Of a DNA stretch of 64,000 nt, positions 25,710 through 37,920 are shown in pieces. The stretch is from NCBI RefSeq assembly GCF_009914755.1, contig NC_060935.1. One strand, written 5' to 3'. Origin of the DNA: the human T2T-CHM13v2.0 reference genome, Homo sapiens. The notes beneath the pieces were generated by a model. It was not told the DNA's origin and made no database searches. It saw nothing but the letters and a program-made list of their open reading frames with translations. Every line of letters starts with the position of its first letter. Positions within the stretch are counted from its first letter, which is position 1. A program made the position numbers and the translations under genes.

Positions 25710-27397
25710 CTACAGCGGAGCTCGTACAATATATACAAAGGACTCTGAGGCATTGGGAGGGCTGGAATGGAGCAGAAGGCAGACTTAGTCTTCCCCTGTG
25801 CCTAGAATAGGCTCACATTACAGACAGAATGAGGATGGCATTTGTAGTCCACATAGCCTAGCACTTAACTAGGTACTGCCTTCTGCTATTCAATTTAGCT
25901 GTTGCATACGAGATGTACCTCCCTCATCTAGATTGTAAGCACCATGAGGAGAGCAATTCTATCTTATGTTTGGGAAATTCTTCACAGCACCCAGCCAGAT
26001 GCTAATCCCACTGGAAGTCCTCAAAAGGATACTTGGTGGATGACTCAATCCAGGGGATCATACAGCTATGAAGAATACCTGGCCAGCTACCAAATCCAGG
26101 CATCTGTGAGGTCTTGGAAGGAGTCTGATGGAGGTAGCAGGTGAAACTCTCTAGGTCAGAGGCAATGACATAACCCCAATATCCCTTTAACACAATGTTA
26201 TTTCAAACATCCTTACAGTAAAAACACTTTTGTAGCCTCCAGGATATCCATATCCAAGATTCGGTCATTTTTTTTCTTGCAAATTTGTTACAAAAACTTC
26301 CAACACAATGAAATTATTTAGACAGTTTCTTGGAATTCACTGTTCACTTTAACAGAATTGAACCTAGAGTTGAAATGGACACAAACCTCACGGGTTATAG
26401 ATGGGAATATTTTTCAGGGATTGTGGCATAGACAATCGGTTTAGTGAGGAAACACAGGTATTATAGGAGAAAGGGGAAGAAGGAAGGAAAGATGAAAGGG
26501 GAAAGGGATAGTGAGGAAGGGCAGGGATATGAGGTGAGTGGAGATAAGAGTGACTATTTGCAAAGATTTCCTGTTTGTCTTCACTTTCTTCAGATGTGGC
26601 TTTTTTTTTTTCTGGTCAGGGTGACTTGGCTCAGCCTAATGGGTTTGTTCTACTATCATTTTTATTGTTTACATCAATGGCTCACAATTTTGGCCACCAG
26701 TCAGGTGGGACCTTGGAAAGGCAGAGGACCCAAGGGTGCAAAGCCAGAGCATTTCTGGGTGTAGGAATTCAGAGAATGGATCACTTTAGAAACTGGGACT
26801 GTGAGGTCAGGACTCCATTCCTTCACATCTGGCCATAGAAGGTTATGACTGGTTTCCAAAGACTGGAAAGTCTTTGGCCTTGGGTACCAAGGACCTGCCC
26901 AGAGCATTGTTGGGTTATGACTACTACTATAATTCAGAGATGGTGGCTGAGCAAGCCTGTCAAAGATGAAAATGATGTTGAACTCAGGGCCAGCAGTGTC
27001 CAACAGCCGCATGCTGCCGGGTGTGGGTATGTGGAGACAGCTGGGTGCAAATTCACAGCCAGAGAAAATTCTTGGGGATTTTCAACTGTCTTTTTTTCCC
27101 CCTCCAACAATGAATAGGGAGAACCCCAGACAGTAGTAAAAATAGCTCACACTCTCCCTCAAACCTGTCTGGCTTGAGTTTTTGGAAGGCCTGGGGGAAA
27201 AGTCACATTTGAAAGTGGAATTTATTTTGGTGATGATGACAGGAAGTTCAGCACTGAGGACAGAAGGCAGCTTTACAGAATAAAAGCCCTCTTCATTATA
27301 CTATTTTTAAAAATTCCTTCCCACTGCCCCTCCAAAACAAACTGTTCCTTGATACTTTTATTACATTAATGTAATAAAAGTACACTGGAACAAATGC

Positions 27398-27747
<350 letters not shown>

Positions 27748-27779
27748 TGAGAAGTTTTAATGTGGCAGGGTAAGTGTAT

Positions 27780-27990
27780 GTCTCAGTCTCAGCCCTGCCA
27801 CCTACCGGTGGTGGGAACCCAGCACAGGGTTGAAACACCTAACCTGACAGGCGGTTTCCTCATCTCTAATTCAGGATAGACCCGTCGGCCACGCCAACCT
27901 GAATGGGTTGTTATGGAGATAAAATCAGAAGATGTCTCTGAAATTGCTTTGTAAACTGTGAAGCTGCATCCACATGTAAAGCATTGGTAT
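27780..27990 (+). mobile_element. MIR (MIRc-like)
   Basis: gtttcctcatctctaa...gggttgttatggagataaaat...gctttgtaaactgtgaagc. Confidence 0.75.
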
Positions 27991-28254
27991 TAAGGAGCTG
28001 AATAAAGCCTCCATGGCAAGGAAAACTGTCAGTGAGAAGTAGAAATACTCCCCCTCACAGCGACGCCACAGGGGTGACAGCGAAAGAACAGCTGCTCAGC
28101 ACCCGAGCTTGTCGGGAGAAAACACAGTGTCATCAGAATAAACCGCATAAATAGAACCCTCTTGGAGTCGTGCACCACCTGTTCCCACAGTTACCATCAG
28201 CCAGGCTTCACCACAACCCACCTACTCACGGAGGGCTGAGAGGACAGAAGAGAG

Positions 28255-28350
28255 GACCCTGTTTTACAGAGAGGTAAACTGAGGCCCAGGAGGGAAAAGC
28301 TCTTTCTTGTGGTCACACTGTGACCATGGACTTGAAAAGTCCCAGACTCA
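28255..28350 (-). mobile_element. MIR core fragment
   Basis: gttttacagagaggtaaactgaggcccag. Confidence 0.7.
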
Positions 28351-29069
28351 TCCATTCCAGCACCAAACCCCACCTCCCTCATGATCCTCCTGACCAGCGC
28401 AGACCTGCTGCCAGTCAACTGCCAGCCCCCAAAGAGATCACTGGCCTGAGTTCTGAAACAGGCCACCCCCCAGCTGACCTGCTGTGAGCCACCCCTCCGA
28501 ACTGACAGATGTACTCAGCCCACAGCCTGCTGGCTCCGAGGACCTGACCTCTTGTCTTAGGAGGGAGTTGGACTGATGGGTAACACCTGCTTACCCCTCG
28601 GCAGGGCTGAGAGTCTTTCAGGCAGAACCAGTTTGGTCTATCTCTAACCCGCTAGTTGTTTGGAACCAGTGAACACAGAATGGAAAACAGAGTTCTAAAT
28701 CCCCTTCACTCTTGAGGGGTCTTGGAAAACGCCGCTGCCAGGAGCTGGTATAAATCAGAGTGTTCTGAATGAATTAGGGATCCCATATTCTTCCCTCAAC
28801 CCCAGCAAACCTCTTGGAGAGAGGCCCTGTGTGAGAGCATTAATAAATCACAGCTCAGTATAGCAGGTCGCTGGGCTGTTGGCACACTGTGGCTTTCCCC
28901 GGAGATGTGAGCGGCCGTGCAGAGCCTGTCAGAACTGGGGCTCTGAAGCCAGCCTGAACTTCTCACCCTGCCCTCGGCTGTGTCACCACACTGCTGCCCT
29001 CACTGGTGCCTCTTCTCCGCGGTGGCCAGCGATGCATATTATTCATTCAGATGTAGCTCCTGCTTAGAA

Positions 29070-29267
29070 TGCGTGGTCAGCCCAGACTGCCCAGCAAGGG
29101 CCACCTGAGTTTTACTGGAACTCTGCTGCACTGTTTAGTTTACTCTTGATCCGGGCTGCTTTCATGCTATGAGGGCAGAGTTGAGTAGTTGAGACAGAGA
29201 CCGCGTGGCCTGCAAAGCCTAAAATATTTACTGCCTGGGCCTTTACAGAAAAAGTGTGCCATTCCTG
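29070..29267 (+). mobile_element. MER58A (hAT-Charlie MITE)
   Basis: gcagagttgagtagttgagacagagaccgcgtggcctgcaaagcctaaaatatttact...ctttacagaaaaagtgtgccattcctg. Confidence 0.9.
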
Positions 29268-29269
29268 CA

Positions 29270-29450
29270 TTATGTAGTTATCTTATTTAATTCTAACAAT
29301 TACACTGTGAACTTGGTATGAGGACTTCTCTTAGAGGGGGAGAATCTGAAGATCAGTGTTTTAGTAACTTGCCCAAAGATGGACAACTGGTAAGAGGCAG
29401 AGCCCTTGCTCAGACCCTAGGTGTTTCCACTTCAAAGTCCAGATATACTA
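29270..29450 (-). mobile_element. MIR
   Basis: tcttatttaattctaacaa...agtaacttgcccaaag...ggtaagaggcagagcc. Confidence 0.7.
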
Positions 29451-32400
29451 TTCTGTCCCTCTGGGACACGTCCAGTCAACAGGCAAGACATGTTAGCACT
29501 ACGGTGAAAGGTCTCATCTTTCTTGAATGGGAGAACCAGGTTTGAAACCATCATTTTGAACAAGGACTGGTTTAGGCCTATGTCATCCCCAGCCTTTCCC
29601 TCAGGTTCCAGATGGCAAGAAGCTGCTCTGAAGACCTACCAGGCAGGAGTCACAGCTTGTAAATAAACCTGAAACCCAGAAGAGCCAGTTAGGCTGGAGC
29701 AGCCCCTGGCCAGGCCAGGCAGAGTTACCATGACGACAGAGTCATTTCCATCACAAACCCTGCAACAGGCTTCCAGAAGGTGATTAATGGTTGACCTCTG
29801 GGGGCTGGGAACTCTCCCGGGGAGTATTCTTTCTAGTCTGGTGCAAAGCTTGGACCATCTACTTCTCTGCTCTCTGGTGGAGGTGAATATTGTAGTTGAG
29901 GATGCAGAGATAAAGCACCCCATCCCCTGACCTCCTAAATCCTGAAGTCAACCCAGGAAGCACCCTGTGAAAACCATGCTCCAGCCTTGAGCAGAGGCAG
30001 GCTAATCCAAGAAACTCAAGGGCAGACAAAAGAAAACAAGGGAAGCCAAGGGAATGAGTGAAAGACTATATAAGTTGGTTCATTCTTGCTGGATAAATGG
30101 CACCCACTCACCAAAGGGAGAAGGTACAAAAAAGAATTCAGCGAGGCAAGAAGCAGGTAGTGAAAAAAGGCGGGGGAATCCTACCTCCTTTGAGTCCAGA
30201 GAAAAGCCTTTTCTACAAACTCAAGAAGAGGGGGCGGAGAAGGACGGGCCGCCTGCCAAAGCAGTGACCCATGTTGATTGTGAATTTCAACAATAGTGAC
30301 TTGAGGAGGCTCAGATGTCCCACGTCCCCTCGCCCATCGCCAATGGGTGGTCACCGACTGCCTGCCAGGTGGGGTGACCCGGGTTCTGCACCCCAACCTT
30401 GGGATGTCTGTTATAGAGCCATTTGGGGCTCATTCATTGACAGTTTTTCTCTCTGCTGACATTTGGGTGGCTCTGCCTGCCTAGTCATTGTTTTTGTTTG
30501 GCCATTTTCACTGTGGATGAGTCACTCCCCGTCGAACCCTGCAGGGGGCGGTCAGGTGCTGGCTGTGTTGGTACCAGAATCCCAGCAGCTGGTTGTATCA
30601 GTTTCATTCTTTTCGCTGAGACAGTGTAACTCTGGGGTTGAAATGGTGAGCTTGTGTGAGAGAGGAAAGAGAAGGCATCTCCCCACTTGGAGTCTGAGCA
30701 CACTGCTTTGAAATGCAGCTCAGGAAGAGGCTCCCAGCCCTCACTCTGTCCTCTTCTGCTTTTGGAAAAGTAGAACCAGGAAATCGTATCTCCGATGGCA
30801 CACCCTAACACCATCAGAACGTCCCACAGCTGCACCAAGACCCAAAATACTCCATGAAGAAATGTCATTGTGGATGAGGACCTCAGTTCACAGACCCATT
30901 CCTACAAAAAAAAATTAGCTACATTTTCTATAACTCAAATGATTTTCAGTTTCAAGCTCCCATTCTGTGGCAGGAAATTAATCTCAGTTAATTTCAGGTC
31001 TCCCATTTTTCACTTAACAGGAAGTTGCATCCAATTTAGGGAGGGGCTACCTGGTGCCCTTGCATGAAGTGGGGGGCAGGGGTGCGATCCCATCCTCGGT
31101 GACATCTCGTTGGCATCCACGCACATGTCCTTGTCCTATCTGGGCTGTGGTCCTCTGGCTACGTGGTCACTGCTGTGTCCTCTTCTCATCGCAGAGCCTT
31201 TCCAGGTTTCTGGGCTTTTCTGGGCCACATGCCCACAGCTCTCAGCTGCACACTATATGTTCTGCTTTGTGGAGACCTTGTGAGGCTGCTGTCCATACTC
31301 CTGGATACCCCTTTCTGGGAGCACTCACCATTCACTACATTTCCCGCTTCCTTGACTCTCCTTCTTTGCTAAGCGCATCTAGATGCGCCTGGATTCCAAG
31401 CATCTAGATAGGTCTTGTTCCAAATCCTCCGATTTTGTCCTGGGTTCTCTCTGACCTGCTTTGACTGCTGCACTTTTGAAATTCAAATTACAAGAACTGG
31501 CTTCTGGATTTATCATGACTCCTTGCCTGCCGCGTCTGACCGGGGCACCGGGGGAACCCACCACCTCCTAACTCTGTGGAAGTCCAACGTCACCCTGATT
31601 TCAAGTTCTCAGGTGGCTTGTGTCCTCATGGTCACATCTGACTCAAAGCAGGGTTTTCTCTGCATTAATCCAGGCTATGGCTGCTTGCTGCCCACTCCTA
31701 CTGTCCCCCTCTTACAACACATCAACCCAGGTGCCAAATTCAGACCCTTTATAGGATTTACAAATGCACTCTCCATACTATGCTTCTATGTGTGTGTTAG
31801 ATTTTACCGAAAGCAGGGTAGGGATGAAGAAGGATGTTATTGAGCAGCAACCTCCCAACAAATATTCCAAAGGAGTGTCAGATCCCTGTGAAAGCCCCCT
31901 CGGCCTGGGTCTGCCTCCAGAGGCCTGGCAGGGCAGCCCTTGCTCTGCTCTTGCCTCTGCAGCGCCAGACCCTATTGCTGCAACTGCTGGCTCGTCTTCC
32001 CCATCTCACCCCCCTTGGCCTTCTGGATTGTCTCCAGGAACTCAAACCCCTCTCATTCTCCCAGGCTTTCTCTCCCGATCCTGTTCTTAAGTCAGCCCCT
32101 GGCCACCTTTCCACCTCCTACCCAAGCTGCAGCAGAACAAGACAGACTTCTTGTGTGTAGGACCTACTTTTCTCAGAAGGAAATTAGGCTTGTAAAGAAC
32201 ATTTGTTTCTTTTTTTTTTTTTTGCAAAATGAACAAACGTAAAATGCCTGTTTGGTATTGCCATTAGAAACAGGGAGGGAGGAAACATCTGTTATAGCCC
32301 CCACCCATTGGAGATTGGTAGGAAAAAAAATGCCTAAAGCTACAATGGCTTCATTATCTAAGTGTGGGTTCTCCTCTTTAAGGATGGCCTGCAGCACAGT

Positions 32401-32454
32401 TTCAATCTCAGTCTGACTTTCCCTGCCATTTAGTGTATGCCTGGTATGTCTTCA

Positions 32455-32870
<416 letters not shown>

Positions 32871-34782
32871 ACACTAAATGTGAGGATTTCCAAATAATCC
32901 ACAGGAAAAGAAAGCCTCTCCATTTATAATAGGGAAGGGACTATCTTTATCCAAAGGTGCCCCTTTCTGAAAATGAGGCAGCACTGAGCATCAGACACAC
33001 CAGGGTCTCACCTGCCTCTCGTCCCCTCCTGTACTGCAGGCTCCCTCCCCAGGGCCCTTTTCCTGACCACAGCTCCCCACATAGCCTTTCCCATCTCCTG
33101 CCCTGTGTGGAACCTCACCTGTTCAGCATTCCCCTCTCTATCCCCAGGGCCCTGTTCTCAGCTGGGAAGCTGATAAACCGCACTAAAGTGATAATGGATG
33201 TAATAAGTTAATGTGTTACCCTTCTCCGGTAACATTTGCATTTTGACAGGGTCTTTCTGAAGAGAAATTGTTCTTAACAACACAATGGCTGGAACTGGGA
33301 GCACTTCAGCACCTGCGTCTGGTGGGCCTATGGAAATATATTTGTTACAAGAGGGGTTTTGATTCCTCAGATCCCACTGTTCAGAGAACAATAAGAAGAG
33401 CCTCCTGAAGGGGCTACTGAGCCAAGGCCCTGAGACGCAGGCCTAGGATGAATAAGTCACCCCCACCTTAGAGAAAAGGAAAAGACAAAGGGCCCAAATA
33501 GAAAGGGGGCTGGGGTGGAGGAAACCCCTGTGGAAGACAACTGACATTTCTGGGCCACAAAAGTGTCCTCCCCTTCAAATAGGAGGCTGGCAAAGGCTTC
33601 ATAGCAGAGACTGCATTGGGGTAACGTCACATGAAACAGGCATTTCCACAGGGCTGACTGCCAGCCTTGGCAGGATGGGAGGGGGTCAGGGAAGCAGTGG
33701 GTGAGGTATAGAGACATGCTCCAGAATGACAGAGTTGTTGGGGGTCTGGAGAAGCTACGCAATAACTGGCCCACCTCTGAGCTTCAATGACCTCCTGATG
33801 GCCACAGGTGGTGTTCCTCAGGGCGGGCAGGTGCGGCCTGGCCACATTGCAGGGTCATTAGCACCAGCTGTTTTAACCTACCCTCAAGCGGGCCACACTG
33901 CCTTCTGCTTCAGGGCTGGGCTGGCCAGAAATCGGGCCTTTGTGTACGGATGCTACATCTTACCCCAGACTCTGCCAACCTCCTCGTACCTCCTGGGACC
34001 TACCGTCTCACTCCTCAGTAATAGTCCCAGTTATGGAGAAGCTCTCTTCCTACTTTTCTTCGTGGCTCTGCCTCTCACTCCCAGGGAGAACTCAGGGTCA
34101 TACAGCTCAGACTCAACACTGCTTCGCCCCAGGCCTTCAATCCCACAAACTGCACTTTCTAAGGGATTAAAAATGAGCAGCTGCCCACAGGAAAGTGGAC
34201 CCTGCTGCCCAGCACTTGGCTGGTATACATGGAGCACAGGCCTGCTTGTGTCTCAAAATAAATTCCACTTCTATAAAATAATCCTGAGAGCTGGTGGCTG
34301 GTGGTTGGCAAGTACTGCAGCGAGCTGGCCTGCAGCAGAGGAGGCAGGACCAACCAGGCTGTTACTGCAGAACTACCGTTCACCTATGGCCCCTGGAGGC
34401 CTGAGCCCCACAGGCAGGAGGCTCAGCACCATGCGATTCTGACGCCTCCCCTGGAGCCCAGATCATCCAGGTTCACTGTATCCCCCACACCAATCTTGGG
34501 AGACTCAGTACAAGTAGATCAACCCATCTCCTCTCTACATTTTCAGGGAAATTTGGCTCAGAGTCCAAGGCTGAACCTTGTGATGAGGAAACCTTGCTGG
34601 AAGCTGACCTTTACTGTAGGGGCCCTGATTCAATATCCTATATCCACAAAAAATGCACATACAGGGCAGCGAGGTTCTAGCCTTCCCCTCTGCCATCTTG
34701 ATCTGTGAGGGTCTCCTTGGAAAAGTCTATGTGTCTCCTACAGTGCCAAGCAGGGGAGGAATCAGAATTAGTCCAGGTGGCA

Positions 34783-37400
34783 GCATCCTTTTATGATATG
34801 ATATAAACTCAACAAATTAGGTATAGAAGGAATGTACCACAACACAATAAAGGCCATATATGACAAGCCCACAGGTGATATCACACTTAACATTGAAAAG
34901 TTGAAAGCCTTTTCCTGAAGATTAGGAACAAGACAATGAATGATGCCCACCCTTGCCATTTCTATTCAACATAGTACTGGAAGTCCCAGCAAGAGCAATT
35001 AGGCAAGGAAAATAAATAAAAAACATCTACATTGGAAAGGAAGAAAAAGAAATAAAAAGCATCCAAATTGTCTGCGTGTGGATGATATAATCATATATAG
35101 AAAACCCTAAAGACTCCACCAAACCTATTAGAACTAATCACAGATTCAATAAAGATGCAGAATCTGCAAAATCAACATCCAAAAATGAGTAGCATTTCTA
35201 TAAACTAACAATGAACTATTTGGAAAAGAGATAGAAAACAATCCTATTTACAATAGCTACAGAAAAAATACATAGAAATAAATTTAAACAAGAAGGTGAA
35301 AGATCTATCTACACTGTAAAACATTGATAAAATACATTAAAGAAGAAACAAATAAATGGAAAGGTTTCCTGTGTTTAATGGATTGGAATAATTACTATTA
35401 TTAAAATGTCCATACTACCCAAAGATATGGACAGATCCAATGCCACCTCTATCAAAATTTCAAGGACATTTTTCACAGAAATAGAAAAAAACATTCCAAA
35501 ATTTATAGGAAACCAGAAAAGACCCTGAATGGTCAAAGCTATCTGAAGCAAAAAGAACAAAGCAGAAGGTGTTACACTACCTGATTGCAAAATCTACTAC
35601 AAAGCTATATTAATTTAAACAGCATAGTACTTGTGTAAAAACAGACACATGGGCCAATAGAACAGAATAGAGAGCCTGGAAATAAATCCATGAATTTATA
35701 ATCTATTTATTTTTGACTCAGTTGCCAAGAACACACAACGAGGAAAGTTCTCTTCAACAAATGGTACTAAGAAAACTGGATATTCACATGCAGAAGGATG
35801 AAATTATCATCTCACACCATATACAAAAATCAACTCCAGATGGATTAAAGACTTAGATGTAAGACCTGAAACCTTAAAGCAACTAGAAGAAAACATAGAG
35901 AAAAAGCTTCATGACATTTGTCTGGGCAATGATTGTTTAGATCTGACCACAAAAGCATAGACAACAAAAGCAAAAATAGACAAATGAAATTACATCAAAC
36001 TAAAAAGTTTTTGCACAGCAAAGAAAAGAATCAACAGATTGAGGAAATAACCCACAGAATGGGATAACATGCTTGCAAACCATATATTTAATGAGAGGTT
36101 AATATCCAAAATATGTAAGAAACTCAAACGACTCAATAATAAGAAAACAAATAACCCTGACAGGCGTGGTGGTGCACACCTGTAATCCCAGAACTTTGGG
36201 AGGCTGAGGCAGGTGGATCACCTGATGTTAGGAGTTCAAGACTAGTCTGGCAAACATGGTGAAACCCCGCCTCTACTGAAAACACAAAAATTAGCTTGGC
36301 ATGGTGGCGGGCGCCTGTAATCCCAGCTACTTGGGATTACATACAAATGGGAAGTAATGGAGTGCGGCCTGGGCGACAGAGTGAGATTCTGTCTCAAAAA
36401 CAAAAACAAAAACAAAAACAAATAACCCAATTTAAAAATGGACATAGGGCCTGAATAAACATTTTTTAAAAGAAGACATACAAATGGCCAACAGACATAT
36501 GAAAAAATGCTCGACAATACTAACAATCAAATAAATGTAAATTAAAACCTCAATCTCACAACTGTTAGAATGGCCAATCAGAAAGATGAAAGATAACAAG
36601 TGTTGGTGAGGTTGTGGAGAAAAGGGAACCCATGCACATGATTGGTGGGAATGTATATCAGTACAGCTATTATGGAAAACAGTATGGATGTTCCTCAAGA
36701 AATCAAAAATAGAACTACAATATGATGCAGCAATCCCACTACTAGGTATATATCCAAAGGATATAAAATCAGTATGTTGTAGAGATTATCTACACTTCCA
36801 CATTCATTGCAGCATTATTCACAATAGCCAAGATATGGAATCAAACACTAAGGGATAAATGGATAAAGAAAATGTGGTATATATACACAATGGAATATTA
36901 TTCAGCCTTTAAAAAGAAGGAAATCCTGTGATTTGCAACAACATGGATGAACCCAGAAGACATTATATTAAGTGAAATAAGGAAAGCTCAGAAAGACAAA
37001 TACTGCATAATCTCACTTATATGTGGAGTCTTAAAAAGTTGAACTCAGAAGCAGGGAGTAGAATGTTGGTTACCAAATATTGGGCATGGGCAGAAGGTTG
37101 GAGAGATGGGGAGATGTTGATTAAAGGATGTGAAATTTCAGTTAGACAGGAGGAGTAAATTCAAAATTCACTATTGTACAACGTGGTGACTACAGTTAAC
37201 AATATAATGTACACCTGAAAACTGCTAAGAGTGTAAATTTTAAGTATTTTTACCACACACAAAAAAGTATGTGATGTATTGCATATATTAAAGAGCTTGA
37301 TTTACCCATTCCACAATATATACATATATCATTTCATACCATAAATATAGACTATTTTTATTTCTCAATTTAAAAAATCCAATCAAATCAATTAAAAACT
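34783..37400 (+). mobile_element. L1MA-like LINE-1, 5'-truncated (ORF2 C-terminal half plus 3' UTR), decayed
   Basis: aaaggccatatatgacaagcccacag, ctattcaacatagtactggaagtcc, atacaaaaatcaactc, atttcagttagacaggagg 3' UTR; candidate TSD aattagtccaggtg / aaccagtccagatg. Confidence 0.95.
36158..36420 (+). mobile_element. AluS nested in L1, with internal deletion/filler in right arm
   Basis: TSD aaaacaaataaccc at 36144-36157 and 36415-36428; ~74 nt of right arm replaced by ~30 nt. Confidence 0.93.
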
Positions 37401-37449
37401 GTTTTTAAATAACCAGTCCAGATGCTCCTGGAGGGGGAATTGACACACA

Positions 37450-37595
37450 GGTGAAAGTTACAGGTAAGCGAGTTTCTGTGCAATCAAAAGAACTTTCAAA
37501 CAGACAGCACTATCTAAAAATAATGTGCTATCTTGGGAGCTAGTGAGATCACTGTCCCTAGAGGTGTTCAAGCAGGGGCTCAAAAACCACCTATA
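37450..37595 (+). mobile_element. L3/CR1 3' fragment
   Basis: gagctagtgagatcactgtccctagaggtgttcaagcagggg. Confidence 0.65.
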
Positions 37596-37769
37596 AGAAA
37601 GCACACAGCCAGCAATCAAGCACTAGAAGAAGGCTGGTTGAGTTGACACTTCTAATGGTCATTTAAAGACATAGTGTATGTGAAAGGCTTCTGATTGGAT
37701 GGAAGGGTATTGATTGAGTATCGTTACCTCACTTAGATCACCACATTGGGTTGGGAGGGATGGAAAGGT

Positions 37770-37920
37770 AAATTAACATTTATTGAAAATCCATTATGTG
37801 CTGGACACATTATCTTTAATCTTCACAAATGTATGAGAAAGGGTTTATTATTTCTGTTTAATAGTGAGAAAAACCGATTTCAGAGATGCTAAGAACCTTG
37901 CCCTAAGTCACCTTATGTGA
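37770..37920 (-). mobile_element. MIR
   Basis: taacatttattgaaaatccattatgtgctggacac...cttgccctaagtcac. Confidence 0.75.

Noticed and set aside
28310-28326. GGTCA...TGACC palindrome resembling an ERE
   Set aside because: Spacer is 5 nt rather than 3, and it lies in a MIR
31373-31388. Perfect 16-bp palindrome gcgcatctagatgcgc
   Set aside because: About one 8-bp-arm palindrome is expected per 64 kb
33726-34442. Longest ORF (238 aa)
   Set aside because: No recognisable domain, low-information Leu/Ser/Pro/Gly composition, no clear exon structure; plausible by chance in GC-rich DNA
34768-36698. ORFs over the L1
   Set aside because: Antisense chance frames; sense ORF2 is broken by stops and frameshifts
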